This document shows, one piece after another, positions 26,492 to 37,274 of a stretch of 64,000 nt of DNA. The notes beneath the pieces are model-generated. The model had not been told where the DNA came from. It did no database searches and saw only the letters and a program-made list of their open reading frames with translations. A program made the translations under genes and the position numbers. Position 1 is the first letter of the stretch. Each line of letters opens with the position of its first letter. The stretch lies in assembly GCA_044350895.1 (NCBI GenBank), contig JBILGT010000003.1, forward strand, positions 10,671-74,670, given 5' to 3'. The DNA comes from Limisphaerales bacterium. GTDB lineage: Bacteria; Patescibacteriota; Microgenomatia; UBA1400; PJMF01.

Positions 26492-29400
26492 ATGGCAAAA
26501 CCAGAAACTCCAGTAACTCAAGAATCACAAAATTTACCTACTATTGATCAATCAGTAAAAACTTTGTTGGATCAAAACGTAGCTGCCAGTAGAGAATATA
26601 AGCGATCTCAAGGTAAAGAAATCTCTACTGAAGCACTAGCCCGCACACGCGCGGCAGTCAATATTTTATTGATTGAAGCAGCTGAAACTTTTGGGGAAGT
26701 ACCACCTGAACAACAACAGCAGATTATAAAAAATATCTTTGATACCGTCATACTGCATTTTAGAACCAGAACTCCTGTCCACTTTGAGTTGGAAGCAAAT
26801 GAGTCTAACTGGCAACAGATGCAGCAAGCAACTGTAGATGTGATAAATGGTTGGCTGCAAAACTTTGTAGATAACGTATCCCAACTCCAGGGCATGGATA
26901 AACAGTTAATTCTCACATACCTCAACTCTGCAAGCGCAGTCTTTCGGGTAAATCTCGCAGAACTCCTCAGACTTGGAAATAGACTGCAGCTTGAGGGCGG
27001 TGCAGCTGCTCAACCACTTCGCGAAGAAGAGCAGGCCGAGCAAATGCAACCAGTACCCTTTGTTGAAACTGAAAAAAACCAAGAAATACAGAGAGTGAAA
27101 ATCGAAGATTCACATCCTTTTTATAAAGGTGGCGTTCTTTGGCTCAGTATTAATAATTTGCACTATGTGCCATATGCTGATTTTATTGCAGCTCTCACCA
27201 ATGCCTCAGCTGCTCAAACTAACATGCCAACGCTGTGGGTCGAGTTACCTGATACAGTGCCGCAGGCAGCCAAATGTGCCTTTGGCGTAGATGAAGATCT
27301 TTTTTTGGAACTGATGATGATTTCGTATGCTGACGAAGTAAAATCGATTACTGAAGCGAACGAGACAACTGTCATAATCAATGGCAAGAAAGTGCAGTGG
27401 GATGCTGTAATTTCTGGGATTGGCTCAGCAGATTTGGATGAAGATCTCGTTAAATTAAGCATCCCCATTGATGAACCAGGCAACAAAAATTACCTCATCG
27501 TTCGTCTGACTCCGCAAACAATGCGTCAGTTACTGTTATTACGAAACAAAACACTGCCAACAGGCTGGGGATCCTCAACTGAACCAAGAACTTATACTCT
27601 ACCAACTACAGTTGGAACACCTGGAGTCCCGAATCTAGATGCTTTTGCACCCCTTCCTCAAGTAAATGAACAAACTCCACCTCCAGCGCCAGTTAGGCCT
27701 GAGCCTGCCACACAGCCAGTTCGTCCCGTCGCAGCTCCAGCACAACCTGCCCGAGTAGCACCAACGCCTGCTACTCCAGCACCTACCAAAGTTGATGGTG
27801 CCAAATCGCCTGCAACACCTGTTCCAAATCGAGCAGAACCTGCCCGACCTGCTGCAGTTACTCAAAATATAAAAACTGAAGTAGTTCAACCCGTAGTACA
27901 AACACAAGAACCAAGACAAACTGCTGAAAGAACACAGCAAGAACAATTACCAGTAACTAAAATAGAATTTTTACCTGATGGTAAAACGGTTCGATTAAAC
28001 GATGATCCTAGCCAAACTTTTGGTATTAATTATTTGAATCAAAGAACTAATGTCCGTGAATTATTCGATCAACAGGTTCTAACGGTACCCGTTGAGAAAC
28101 GTGGACAACAAGGTGCTATATTCTTATTGGTCGTTACTTATCCTGTGTGGCGTGAGTTTAAAGACGAAGTGCGAAGAAGAGCAACAGAAAGTGGTGCTCA
28201 AAGTAAAGAAAAACAACAAGTTCCAATAATAAATATTCCCCGAATCGAAATACCATGGAGTAAAAATGCAAAACAAATTGCTCTTTTTACAGAACAAAAT
28301 AATCCTCTTCCGTTTTCAACTGAGGCTTTAATTGGGTGTGTGTTTACTCCAGACGCTTCTGATCCAAACCAAGGATTTGTTGAACTTATACCAAATGCAA
28401 TTAACAACTTCCCACAACATGAACGACTCAGAATAGTGCGTAGTGAGTGGGAAAGAATTGATGCAATCATTCCTCAACCATTAATTGTTGAGGAAAAACA
28501 AGTGCGTATGGATGACACCTATGTGACACTTAATGCTATTCGTTTTAGAAGAATTCGTCTGACGGAAGCCGAACGTGATCCATTGGTGAGAAATAGAATA
28601 GAAATAACTGTTCGTTCAGATCAAAACCCTAAGCCATTTAGAATTGAAATATCGCAACGTACTTGGATGAAAATCGTAGAGCCATTTATGACTCCAACGG
28701 ATACTGCAAAAACTCAAGAAGCTCCACCAATAATTAATCGAATTGGTGCTCATGAATTTATCGGAAGGCGTCCGTACATGGAGGATAGAACTCTTGTTGA
28801 GTCTGATGTTTTAAATAATGGGGATGTATTGGTGGGAGTGTTTGATGGTCATGGAGGAAGCAAAGTAGCTGAAATAGCTCAACGGCAATTTGCTTCTGAA
28901 ATGAAGAAAATTTCCGCAACAAACCCAAAGAATATACAAGAACTATTGCGACTTTCATTCTTAGAAGTTAACAAAATAATTGCTCAAGATAAAAAACTCA
29001 ATAATACAGGTGCTACAGCGGCAGTATTGTATAGAACTAATGGTACGCTCTATAGCGCAAACTTAGGAGACTCACGTACTGTTATGGATGGTGGTAACAA
29101 TATGGCTATAAGAATCTCAAAAGATCATAAAGCCGATGATCCTGCAGAAATTGCACGTATCGAAGCAGCAGGTGGATTTGTTGAGCTAGCTATCCCAGGA
29201 GCAGATGTAGCCAGAGTAATGGGCAGTTTAGCTATTGCAAGAGCGTTAGGAGATCTAGCATTTGGTAAGTTCATTAGTGCAGAAGCATATGTTGCTGCAG
29301 TAAAACTGGAAACAAAAAATTCGGTTGCAGTTACTGCCTGTGATGGTATATGGGATGTGATTACTGATGATGAGGCTATTGCAACAATTACTGATTTGAA

Positions 29401-29506
29401 GAGAAAGGGTAAATCTGAAAAGGAAGCAGCTCAAAAATTAGTACAAATGGCATATGATCGTGGAAGTGGTGACAATCTTACGGCTGTTGTTGTTTATCTG
29501 AATTAA
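26492..29506 (+). CDS. 1004-aa protein with C-terminal PP2C/PPM Ser/Thr phosphatase domain
   Basis: RRPYMEDR, GVFDGHGG, ANLGDSR, DHK, RIEAAGG, LAIARALGD, ACDGIWDV, GSGDNLT. Confidence 0.9.
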   Translation: MAKPETPVTQESQNLPTIDQSVKTLLDQNVAASREYKRSQGKEISTEALARTRAAVNILLIEAAETFGEVPPEQQQQIIKNIFDTVILHFRTRTPVHFELEANESNWQQMQQATVDVINGWLQNFVDNVSQLQGMDKQLILTYLNSASAVFRVNLAELLRLGNRLQLEGGAAAQPLREEEQAEQMQPVPFVETEKNQEIQRVKIEDSHPFYKGGVLWLSINNLHYVPYADFIAALTNASAAQTNMPTLWVELPDTVPQAAKCAFGVDEDLFLELMMISYADEVKSITEANETTVIINGKKVQWDAVISGIGSADLDEDLVKLSIPIDEPGNKNYLIVRLTPQTMRQLLLLRNKTLPTGWGSSTEPRTYTLPTTVGTPGVPNLDAFAPLPQVNEQTPPPAPVRPEPATQPVRPVAAPAQPARVAPTPATPAPTKVDGAKSPATPVPNRAEPARPAAVTQNIKTEVVQPVVQTQEPRQTAERTQQEQLPVTKIEFLPDGKTVRLNDDPSQTFGINYLNQRTNVRELFDQQVLTVPVEKRGQQGAIFLLVVTYPVWREFKDEVRRRATESGAQSKEKQQVPIINIPRIEIPWSKNAKQIALFTEQNNPLPFSTEALIGCVFTPDASDPNQGFVELIPNAINNFPQHERLRIVRSEWERIDAIIPQPLIVEEKQVRMDDTYVTLNAIRFRRIRLTEAERDPLVRNRIEITVRSDQNPKPFRIEISQRTWMKIVEPFMTPTDTAKTQEAPPIINRIGAHEFIGRRPYMEDRTLVESDVLNNGDVLVGVFDGHGGSKVAEIAQRQFASEMKKISATNPKNIQELLRLSFLEVNKIIAQDKKLNNTGATAAVLYRTNGTLYSANLGDSRTVMDGGNNMAIRISKDHKADDPAEIARIEAAGGFVELAIPGADVARVMGSLAIARALGDLAFGKFISAEAYVAAVKLETKNSVAVTACDGIWDVITDDEAIATITDLKRKGKSEKEAAQKLVQMAYDRGSGDNLTAVVVYLN

Positions 29507-29508
29507 GA

Positions 29509-30576
29509 TTAAAGTCTCAATCTTGGCACTCGCTCAATTTTTTCAATCTCTGTACCAGTTATTCCAGTTTTAAACCCCGCCACAACCCCAATCATTGCTG
29601 CATTATCTGCACAGAGTTTTTTTGTATATGGGACACGAAGTCGGAGCGTTGGTTGTTTCTGAGTCTTTGCGATATTTTTAAGTGTTTCGCGTATCATTCG
29701 CCGTAACTCTTTATTGGCTGCGACTCCACCGCCAAGCCATACCTCTTTCACATCATGTTTTTCTAAAACTTTGTTCAATTTATAGCAAATATGTTTAAAT
29801 ACCCCTTGTTGAGCGCTGGCACACAAATCAAAGATTTGGGTTTTGGTGAGTGTATTTTCTGCTTGCAGTTTTTCGACTAAGTTTCGGGCGAATGTTTTCA
29901 TTCCTGAAAAACTGATGTCAAAAGTTTTGACAGTTGTAAGAGGCAGTGGAAATGGAAATGCCTCTTTGTTTCCGAGTTTTGCAAATTCTTCGATGATGGG
30001 CCCGGCTGGGTAACCGAGGTTCAGCATTCTGCCAATTTTATCCAGACACTCACCAGCTGCATCATCCAAGGTGGCACCCAGGATTTGATACTCTCCAATC
30101 GCTGTGACGAGGACAAACTCTGTATGTCCACCAGAAACAATGATCGAAAGAACTGGAAGTTTTTGTTCTTTGTTTTTTGATGCCGAATCATTTTTTACGG
30201 CAGGATGTGCTAACACAGAAAGTACATGACCTTCAATATGATTGACTGGGATAAGTGGTTTGTTGAGTTCTGTTGCAAGCTCTTTGGCAGCAGTAATGCC
30301 TACTTCAAGTGCCGGTGCGAGTCCGGGTCCGACAGTTACAGCTACGGCATCCAGTTGCGTTCTGGAGATTCGAGCGCGCTTGAGTGCAACTGCAATTGTA
30401 GGTTGAATATTTTCTCGATGTGCCAATTTTGCCACCGTTGGAAATACACCACCATATGGTTTATGGAGTTCAGTTTGAGAAGCAATGACATTGGAAAGAA
30501 TTGTTGTCCCACAGGTGATTGCCACACTCGTGTCATCACAGGATGTATCAATCGCTAAAATTATTGGGGCACTCAT
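29509..30576 (-). CDS. tsaD: tRNA t6A threonylcarbamoyltransferase TsaD
   Basis: IDTSCDDT, VNHIEGH, VSGGHT, DDAAGECLDK, GGVAAN, DNAAMI. Confidence 0.96.
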   Translation of the reverse strand: MSAPIILAIDTSCDDTSVAITCGTTILSNVIASQTELHKPYGGVFPTVAKLAHRENIQPTIAVALKRARISRTQLDAVAVTVGPGLAPALEVGITAAKELATELNKPLIPVNHIEGHVLSVLAHPAVKNDSASKNKEQKLPVLSIIVSGGHTEFVLVTAIGEYQILGATLDDAAGECLDKIGRMLNLGYPAGPIIEEFAKLGNKEAFPFPLPLTTVKTFDISFSGMKTFARNLVEKLQAENTLTKTQIFDLCASAQQGVFKHICYKLNKVLEKHDVKEVWLGGGVAANKELRRMIRETLKNIAKTQKQPTLRLRVPYTKKLCADNAAMIGVVAGFKTGITGTEIEKIERVPRLRL

Positions 30577-31688
30577 ATATTTTCTTGAATTGCTAGAATT
30601 CGTGCCCGTTCGTTTTTGTCAGGGCTTACTGGTTCTTCCATAAGTGACACTGTCATACACGGAATGTGCTTTTGAGATAGAGTGGGAAGAAAATATTGTG
30701 CAACTTGACTCCACCATTCAATCACCATGATTGTATTAGGTTTGAGTAACGTTTCTAGTTCAAGACGTTCAAATACTTCTGGTGAATCTACTTTCCACAT
30801 GTCGAGGTGATAGAGCGTTCCTTCGGTACTGTGTCGTTTGAAATCATATTCTTCAATATAGGTATACGTGGGTGAAGCAATATTTTCTGTGATCTGCAAA
30901 AACTCAGCAACACCTTTTGTAAAAACAGTTTTCCCCGCACCGAGTGGTCCATCCAACCCAATCACTATCCCAGTTTTGCCAACGTCATCCCAATGCTTGA
31001 GTAGTAGTCGTCCAGCAATACTTTTGGTTTCTACTTCACTTTGGGTAGTGAGATGGTGTGTTGTTGTGGAAGCTTCAGCAATGGTTATGTCCCCAGCACG
31101 CAGCGTCACTGGAGTAGAGAGTGTCGTATCAATAACAGTGGAAGGTGGATTGGGCGGCAGTGTTCCTGCATCAAGCACCAAATCAATAAGGCTTTTTTGT
31201 TTATCTGAAATATTGTCAAAAATGTCTTGAATGGCATATGGACGTTTCTGACCCGAGCCGTTAGCAGAAGTGGCAGTAATTGGTTTGCCGTATGCACGCA
31301 GTAGCTCAAGTAATGGCTCATAGGCAGGGATGCGTACACCTACAGTCCCGAATTCTGAAGCAACTCCCGGAGCAACAGTATCTTTGCTTTTGGAAACGAC
31401 AGTTACAGGGCCAGGCAGAAATTGTTTATACAACGTCCGGGCTTGTTCATTGAGTTCTACATACTTTTCTGCCATTTCTTCAGAAGTGACAGCAATAGAA
31501 AGTGGTTTACCTTCACGTCGCGATTTGTACGCAAGAAGTTTTTCAACTGCAGCAGGATTGGTAGCATCAACACCAGCCCCATAGGTTGTCTCAGTAGGAA
31601 AAATTACTAAACCACCTTTTTCAAGAACAGAAATGGTAGCAACAATCAATTTTTGTATTGGTGTATCGGATAGTCGTAGAATTTCCAT
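30573..31688 (-). CDS. tsaC: TsaC (Sua5/YrdC)-TsaE fusion protein
   Basis: N-terminal PTETTYG, PGPVT, GVRIP, TSAN, STVID; C-terminal GPLGAGKT, SPTY, HLD, IEW (TsaE). Confidence 0.9.
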   Translation of the reverse strand: MEILRLSDTPIQKLIVATISVLEKGGLVIFPTETTYGAGVDATNPAAVEKLLAYKSRREGKPLSIAVTSEEMAEKYVELNEQARTLYKQFLPGPVTVVSKSKDTVAPGVASEFGTVGVRIPAYEPLLELLRAYGKPITATSANGSGQKRPYAIQDIFDNISDKQKSLIDLVLDAGTLPPNPPSTVIDTTLSTPVTLRAGDITIAEASTTTHHLTTQSEVETKSIAGRLLLKHWDDVGKTGIVIGLDGPLGAGKTVFTKGVAEFLQITENIASPTYTYIEEYDFKRHSTEGTLYHLDMWKVDSPEVFERLELETLLKPNTIMVIEWWSQVAQYFLPTLSQKHIPCMTVSLMEEPVSPDKNERARILAIQENI

Positions 31689-31761
31689 GATTCGGTATTA
31701 TACCCTGTACAGTTCTCTTACGCACTTTAAAAAAAATCTATGGTATATAATAAGACGAGAT

Positions 31762-32097
31762 ATGGAAGAAAACTCTCTCAAGTTTATATCCAGCGCACCC
31801 ACAAGCTCTGTTAAGTTCACCTTGTATCTGAAAACTCACGAGCTGCGAGAAATTGCCAAAGTTCTTGAGAATGTCATTCTATTGCCTGAAGCAGAGCGAA
31901 GAGCCTGGGCAAAAGAGCACGGTGAAATTATCAACAAGGCAATTGACTCATTCGTTCAAGAATCCAATGCCACGCTTTCTGAGCTGACATTTGATGATGA
32001 GACACTTGCACTATCAAAAGATTTAATTATTTCATTACGAGATACTGTGGATATGATCCACGGCATCTTATTTGAAGGTCCAAAATTATCAAGTTAA
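31762..32097 (+). CDS. Hypothetical protein
   Basis: ORF from ATG 31762 after TATAAT; likely co-transcribed with yidC. Confidence 0.65.
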   Translation: MEENSLKFISSAPTSSVKFTLYLKTHELREIAKVLENVILLPEAERRAWAKEHGEIINKAIDSFVQESNATLSELTFDDETLALSKDLIISLRDTVDMIHGILFEGPKLSS

Positions 32098-32108
32098 CAT
32101 AGCCCAAC

Positions 32109-32882
32109 ATGTTTCACTACTTTACGGTTTTTATCTATCAGCCATTTTTTAATCTGCTCGTTTTTTTCTACTGGGCACTCGATTTTATCACTCGAGGTAA
32201 TGGTGATATGGGTATTGCTGTTATTTTATTAACAATCGTCATTCGAGTAATCTTATATCCTTTATCAGTTGCTCAAGATAAGTCAGAAAATGATCGTAAA
32301 AATATTTCCGATAAGATACGCCAAATTGAAGTTGAACACAGAACAGATCCAATAGCATTTGATGCCGCTAAAAAACAAGTTTTGCATACTAATAAAGGTG
32401 TACTAATCGCAGAAATTATTAATCTCACAATCCAAGTAATTGTAGCTCTCATGCTTTGGAGAATTTTTAGTAAAGGCTTGAGTGGAGAAGACGTTCATTT
32501 GCTCTATGGATTTATGCCAAATGTTGAACAGCCGTTCAATTTAGTTTTCCTCGGTAAATATGATTTAACACATCCTAGTCTTCAACTTAATTTGATTCAA
32601 ACAGGACTCATCTTTATCCTCGAGACAATTATGATGTTGGGCGCAACATCACCTGTATCAAAGCAACAGTTTGTACGTCTGCAGTTCCTACTGCCAATCG
32701 TTTCTTTCTTTATATTTTTAGGACTTCCAGCAGGCAAAAAATTATTTGTTATTACTACATTAATTATCAGTATTATTTTGAGTTCAATTAGAACTGTGCA
32801 ACGTCGGTTTGCTGCATACAAGGAAAAAGTCGAAGCACAGGAAGCAAAAAAGGACGAACAGCTAGTCGTTGATATCAAGTAA
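32109..32882 (+). CDS. yidC: YidC/Oxa1 membrane protein insertase (short form)
   Basis: YQPFFNLL, GIAVILLTIVIRVILYPL, FLG.YDLT.P, LPAG. Confidence 0.85.
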   Translation: MFHYFTVFIYQPFFNLLVFFYWALDFITRGNGDMGIAVILLTIVIRVILYPLSVAQDKSENDRKNISDKIRQIEVEHRTDPIAFDAAKKQVLHTNKGVLIAEIINLTIQVIVALMLWRIFSKGLSGEDVHLLYGFMPNVEQPFNLVFLGKYDLTHPSLQLNLIQTGLIFILETIMMLGATSPVSKQQFVRLQFLLPIVSFFIFLGLPAGKKLFVITTLIISIILSSIRTVQRRFAAYKEKVEAQEAKKDEQLVVDIK

Positions 32883-32945
32883 TGGACGGCTCACTTACTT
32901 TTTTACTCACTCTGGGGTACAATAATACTTGCTTTTGGAACGTAT

Positions 32946-33590
32946 ATGGAATTTGATAAACTAGTTGTTTCGTTTCTAGTTGATGAGGTCGTGGGTGGCT
33001 TCTTTATTTCCGTGCCACCTGGTCACGTCGCTTGTGTCTATGATCGTGGTCGAGGTGTTCTTAATAAAGTCTGGGGACCTGGACTACATTTCAAAATCCC
33101 TTTCTGGCAAGTTGCCAAACTTTTTAATGCGCAAATTCTTGAATATTCTATCCGTGATGGTTTTGATAATTCTCAAAACAAAGAAGCACTTGGTGATGAG
33201 CCAATTATGACAACCACACATGATGGTGAGGATATTGAAGTTGAAGCATCCATTCTTTTTAGAATTGATAAAGCAAATGCTCCTGAAATGTGGGAAAACT
33301 TAGGCGAAAACATGGTTTCCAAGGTTGTTCGTCCTATTTCTCGTAGTCGTATTGCGAGTGTCTTTGCAGACCTCACACTTGACCAAATCAAACAAAACCG
33401 CAGCAAAGTTGAAGCACTTGTTCAAGAAGAAATGAACCAATATTTTGCCAATCGTGGTCTTAATTGTGAAGGCTTTTTGTTATCCACTATCAGACGTCAA
33501 AGAGATGGTGCAACTGAACTCGTCGTTGAACATCCACCGGTTGCTGAGACGTATTCAATTCCAGTAATGCCACCACACGCATCCTCATAA
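32946..33590 (+). CDS. SPFH/prohibitin (band 7) family protein
   Basis: VPPGH, PGLHFKIPFWQ, VRPISRS. Confidence 0.85.
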   Translation: MEFDKLVVSFLVDEVVGGFFISVPPGHVACVYDRGRGVLNKVWGPGLHFKIPFWQVAKLFNAQILEYSIRDGFDNSQNKEALGDEPIMTTTHDGEDIEVEASILFRIDKANAPEMWENLGENMVSKVVRPISRSRIASVFADLTLDQIKQNRSKVEALVQEEMNQYFANRGLNCEGFLLSTIRRQRDGATELVVEHPPVAETYSIPVMPPHASS

Positions 33591-33603
33591 CTGCAACTTA
33601 ATC

Positions 33604-33667
33604 TTGACAGGCAGCAAGCACTCTTCTACACTATCTGCTGATAGCAGTTAATATATTTGACTGCTAA
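33604..33667 (+). promoter_or_regulatory. Sigma70 promoter plus CIRCE operator of groESL
   Basis: TTGACA(33604)-17-TACACT(33627); ATAGCAGTT-N9-GACTGCTAA at 33641-33667. Confidence 0.85.
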
Positions 33668-33709
33668 ATACAATTACACATACATTTTTACCAAAATAAA
33701 AGGAGTTCT

Positions 33710-34015
33710 ATGTTTCAATCTTTTCCTGTATCAAAAGTACAGCCATTACCAGGTTATGTCTTGGTAGAACCAGCACAACAACAGAAACAAACAGCTTCTG
33801 GTATCTATCTTCCAGATTCTGACAATGAAAAACCACAACATGGCACAGTTCTTGCTTGCGGAGACGCAGTCATGGATGATGGTGCAAAAGTCGAGTGCCC
33901 AGTCAAAAAAGGCGCACAAGTTATCTACAAAAAATGGGGTGGTAACGAATTTAAGATTTCAGATGTTGAATATCAATTCTTAAAGTTTGAAGATTTATTA
34001 GCAGTAGTCAAATAA
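33710..34015 (+). CDS. groES: Co-chaperonin GroES
   Basis: PLPGYVLV, TASGIYLPD, KKWGGNE. Confidence 0.97.
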   Translation: MFQSFPVSKVQPLPGYVLVEPAQQQKQTASGIYLPDSDNEKPQHGTVLACGDAVMDDGAKVECPVKKGAQVIYKKWGGNEFKISDVEYQFLKFEDLLAVVK

Positions 34016-34056
34016 TTACATAAAAAAATTAGTACAAAGTTCTTTGAAAGGAAAAT

Positions 34057-35676
34057 ATGGCAGCTAAACAATTAGCATTTAGTGATGACGCACGACAAAA
34101 GATGCTTGCAGGTATCAACAAACTTGCAGCAGCAGTAACAACCACACTTGGTCCAAAGGGACGCAATGTGGCAATCGATAAGGCATGGGGTTCCCCAACA
34201 GTCTTACATGACGGTGTCAGTGTCGCAAAAGAAATTACATTAGAAGATAAGTTTGAAAATATGGGTGCTCAGCTTGTTAAAGAAGCAGCCAACAAAACCA
34301 ACGATGCAGCTGGAGACGGTACAACTACCGCAACACTACTTGCACAACAAATTGCTAATAAAGGTATGAAGTATGTCACTGCAGGAGTCAATCCAATGCT
34401 CATGAAGCGTGGTATGGATAAAGCAGTTGAAGCAGTTGTGGCAGAAATCCGCCGCCTTGCCAAACCAGTCAAAGAATCTGATTGGGAAAAGGTAGCAACA
34501 ATTTCAGCACAGAACGAAGTTATTGGTAAAAAAGTGGCTGAAGCGCTCAAACTCGTCGGTAAAGACGGTGTCTTGGAAGTTGAAGAAGGTAAAACCATGG
34601 ACATTACCATCGACCACAAAAAAGGAATGGTTTTGGACAAAGGCTACGCCTCTCCATACTTCGTCACCAATTCTGATGCTATGGAATCTGAAATCAAGAA
34701 TCCATATATCTTAGTAACTGATCAAAAAATCTCTACCATTCAAGATCTGTTACCACTTCTTGAGGGGTTCATGAAGATCAGTAAAGATCTTGTTATCATC
34801 GCTGATGATATTGATGGTGAAGCACTGACCACACTCGTAGTTAACAAACTGCGTGGTGCATTCAATGTTTTAGCTGTCAAAGCTCCAGGCTTTGGTGATC
34901 GCAAAAAAGAGATGCTCCAAGATATTGCTATTTTGACAGGTGCCAACCTCGTTTCAAATGAAACAGGTCGCACACTCAAAGAAGCATCCGTGGAGGACTT
35001 AGGACGTGCTGATATGGTTCGTTCTACCAAAGATGAGACAGTTATAGTGGGTGGCAAAGGTAGCCAAGCTGACATTGATGGCCGCATTGCACAAATTGAG
35101 GCACAAGAAGACAAAGTCACTTCAGACTTTGATCGCGAAAAATTGACTGAGCGCCGCGCCAAATTAACTGGTGGTGTCGCAGTCATTCAAGTTGGTGCAG
35201 CCAGTGAAATGGAGATGAAGAACCTCCAAGAGCGCGTCAAAGATGCTAAAGAAGCATTAAAGGCAGCAATTGATGAAGGTATCATCCCAGGCGGCGGTGT
35301 CACATACATCCAAGGTGGCAAGGTTTTAGATACTGTTACTACAGTGGGCTATGACGAAGAAGTCGGTGTGAAGCTCATCAAGGAAATCCTTGAACAGCCA
35401 CTCCGTATGCTTGCTCGTAACTCTGGTGTCGATGAAGGTGAAGTTGTCTACCAAATCAAACAAAAAAATGAACCAACATTTGGTTTTGATGTGATCACCA
35501 ATACCTATGGTGACATGATTAAAGCTGGTGTGATTGAGCCTGCTAAGGTTGCTACTTCAGCACTCAGAAACGCTGCATCCGTCGGTTCAATGATCTTAAC
35601 CACAGATTGTTTGATCACTGATGCTCCAGAGGACAAAAAGGCAATGCCATCCCCTGATATGGGCGGCATGATGTAG
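34057..35676 (+). CDS. groEL: Chaperonin GroEL
   Basis: TLGPKGRN, GDGTTT, KAPGFGDR, GGMM tail. Confidence 0.99.
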   Translation: MAAKQLAFSDDARQKMLAGINKLAAAVTTTLGPKGRNVAIDKAWGSPTVLHDGVSVAKEITLEDKFENMGAQLVKEAANKTNDAAGDGTTTATLLAQQIANKGMKYVTAGVNPMLMKRGMDKAVEAVVAEIRRLAKPVKESDWEKVATISAQNEVIGKKVAEALKLVGKDGVLEVEEGKTMDITIDHKKGMVLDKGYASPYFVTNSDAMESEIKNPYILVTDQKISTIQDLLPLLEGFMKISKDLVIIADDIDGEALTTLVVNKLRGAFNVLAVKAPGFGDRKKEMLQDIAILTGANLVSNETGRTLKEASVEDLGRADMVRSTKDETVIVGGKGSQADIDGRIAQIEAQEDKVTSDFDREKLTERRAKLTGGVAVIQVGAASEMEMKNLQERVKDAKEALKAAIDEGIIPGGGVTYIQGGKVLDTVTTVGYDEEVGVKLIKEILEQPLRMLARNSGVDEGEVVYQIKQKNEPTFGFDVITNTYGDMIKAGVIEPAKVATSALRNAASVGSMILTTDCLITDAPEDKKAMPSPDMGGMM

Positions 35677-35700
35677 TCTCTGCAATAGATTGTAATTAAG

Positions 35701-35728
35701 AAAAGGCTCCCCGTTGGGGAGCCTTTTT
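35701..35728 (+). terminator. Intrinsic terminator after groEL
   Basis: AAAAGGCTCCCC-GTT-GGGGAGCCTTTTT. Confidence 0.9.
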
Positions 35729-35789
35729 GCTTTCTAAAGCTGAATAAATAGGCTTTACGAAGTACCTACTTTTTTGATACAGTACACTC

Positions 35790-37211
35790 ATGAATGAAAC
35801 CATCGGTCTTTCAGAAAAAGATTTAGGACAAACAGCAGCAGCTGCCACTGAATCAGTGGCTCCACAGCGATCGCTTATTGATATTCCATTCGGTTCACAA
35901 CCTACTCCAGCACCATCAGGGGAGCGAGCCACAGGCGGTGAATTCGTGATGCCTCAAGGTGTCGTAACTGAAATGGAACAGTACGATATTGAGACAACTG
36001 GGAGTTTGCAGAATAAACTTTGGACAGCAAAGATTAGGTTGGGTTCAGCAGCCACTCCAGAAGCAAGAACTATAGAAGCTACCAGAATTAAAGCACTTGA
36101 AGCCGTTCTGAAAGTTCGTAATCAAGAAGTAGCAGTGGAACGACGACAGCGCAGAACAAAATTGTTGGTGAATGTTAGGGATTTCTTCAGAGCCAATCCC
36201 GCAAATTTCCAATATCCACTCTGGTCTGGTCCTGAAAAACGAGCCCAGATGGATGCATTAAAAGCTGATCTCGCGGCAGCTACAGACTGGATGGGAAACG
36301 CACGCAATCCACGCCACACTGAGGGTGAACAAACCGCTGCTGACCAAACTGTTTCAGATACCGAATCACCACAAGGATTTGTTGGAGAAGTAACAGAGGA
36401 GACGAATAGTGAACCAGCTGAATTAACTTCGCATGAAAGAATGAGACAGCAGAAAGCAAGTGCTGAAGCCAGATTGGCTGCTACAGCAGCAGAGTCTGCA
36501 GAAGCCCAAGAACGGGCAGCAGAGGCTCGGCAACAAGCAGCTCTAGCAGAACAACAGCGTGGTGAAGCAATCAGGGACATGAGAATTGCTGATCATACCG
36601 CAGAGATTACCGCACAACTGGTTGCAGATCATCCTGATTCGCTGACTGGTTCAAATGCTAAATTGGTCTATGAAACAGTAGCATCTGACCCGGGTACAGC
36701 TCACCTTGAAATGGGTATGCGCCTGCGAATTGTTGAAGGTGTACTAAATAACTTAGCCGATCGACGCGCTGAACGTCGTGCTGCTCCTCCACGAGCACAA
36801 GTTTTAGCGACAATTGAACGTGCGGTTGAGCGAGTTATACAGAACTATCAGGGTGATCAGAACGCACTGCCTCAATTGGTTGATGAACAGGTCGAGCGTG
36901 CGACAGCATTTATGAGTGAAGACGTACGAATAGAAGATTCGCAATATGAGCAAAAACTTGCTGCATACAATGCGCAAGATACTCAAAATCGTGGTGAAGC
37001 TCCAGAGAAGTACATGACGATACCTGGATATAACTTTACTCAAGATGAAGTGGCTGCTGTTCACGTAAAGGTAACTGAGCAGATTGCCAAGAGACAGCTT
37101 CCCACTGCACCAGAAACTGCATCTGCACCAGCGGAAGTTGTGGCAACTGCTACTCCAGCTGAAGCTCCACAAAAAAAACGGAGCCTCTGGAATCGTTTAA
37201 CAGGCAGATAA
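35790..37211 (+). CDS. Hypothetical coiled-coil protein
   Basis: 473-aa ORF, Ala/Glu/Arg-rich, basic amphipathic C-terminal tail. Confidence 0.8.
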   Translation: MNETIGLSEKDLGQTAAAATESVAPQRSLIDIPFGSQPTPAPSGERATGGEFVMPQGVVTEMEQYDIETTGSLQNKLWTAKIRLGSAATPEARTIEATRIKALEAVLKVRNQEVAVERRQRRTKLLVNVRDFFRANPANFQYPLWSGPEKRAQMDALKADLAAATDWMGNARNPRHTEGEQTAADQTVSDTESPQGFVGEVTEETNSEPAELTSHERMRQQKASAEARLAATAAESAEAQERAAEARQQAALAEQQRGEAIRDMRIADHTAEITAQLVADHPDSLTGSNAKLVYETVASDPGTAHLEMGMRLRIVEGVLNNLADRRAERRAAPPRAQVLATIERAVERVIQNYQGDQNALPQLVDEQVERATAFMSEDVRIEDSQYEQKLAAYNAQDTQNRGEAPEKYMTIPGYNFTQDEVAAVHVKVTEQIAKRQLPTAPETASAPAEVVATATPAEAPQKKRSLWNRLTGR

Positions 37212-37274
37212 ACTTCATACTTTTTCATCAACACCATCTTGTTTTTTTTATAAAAAATTTCATACTGCTGATAT

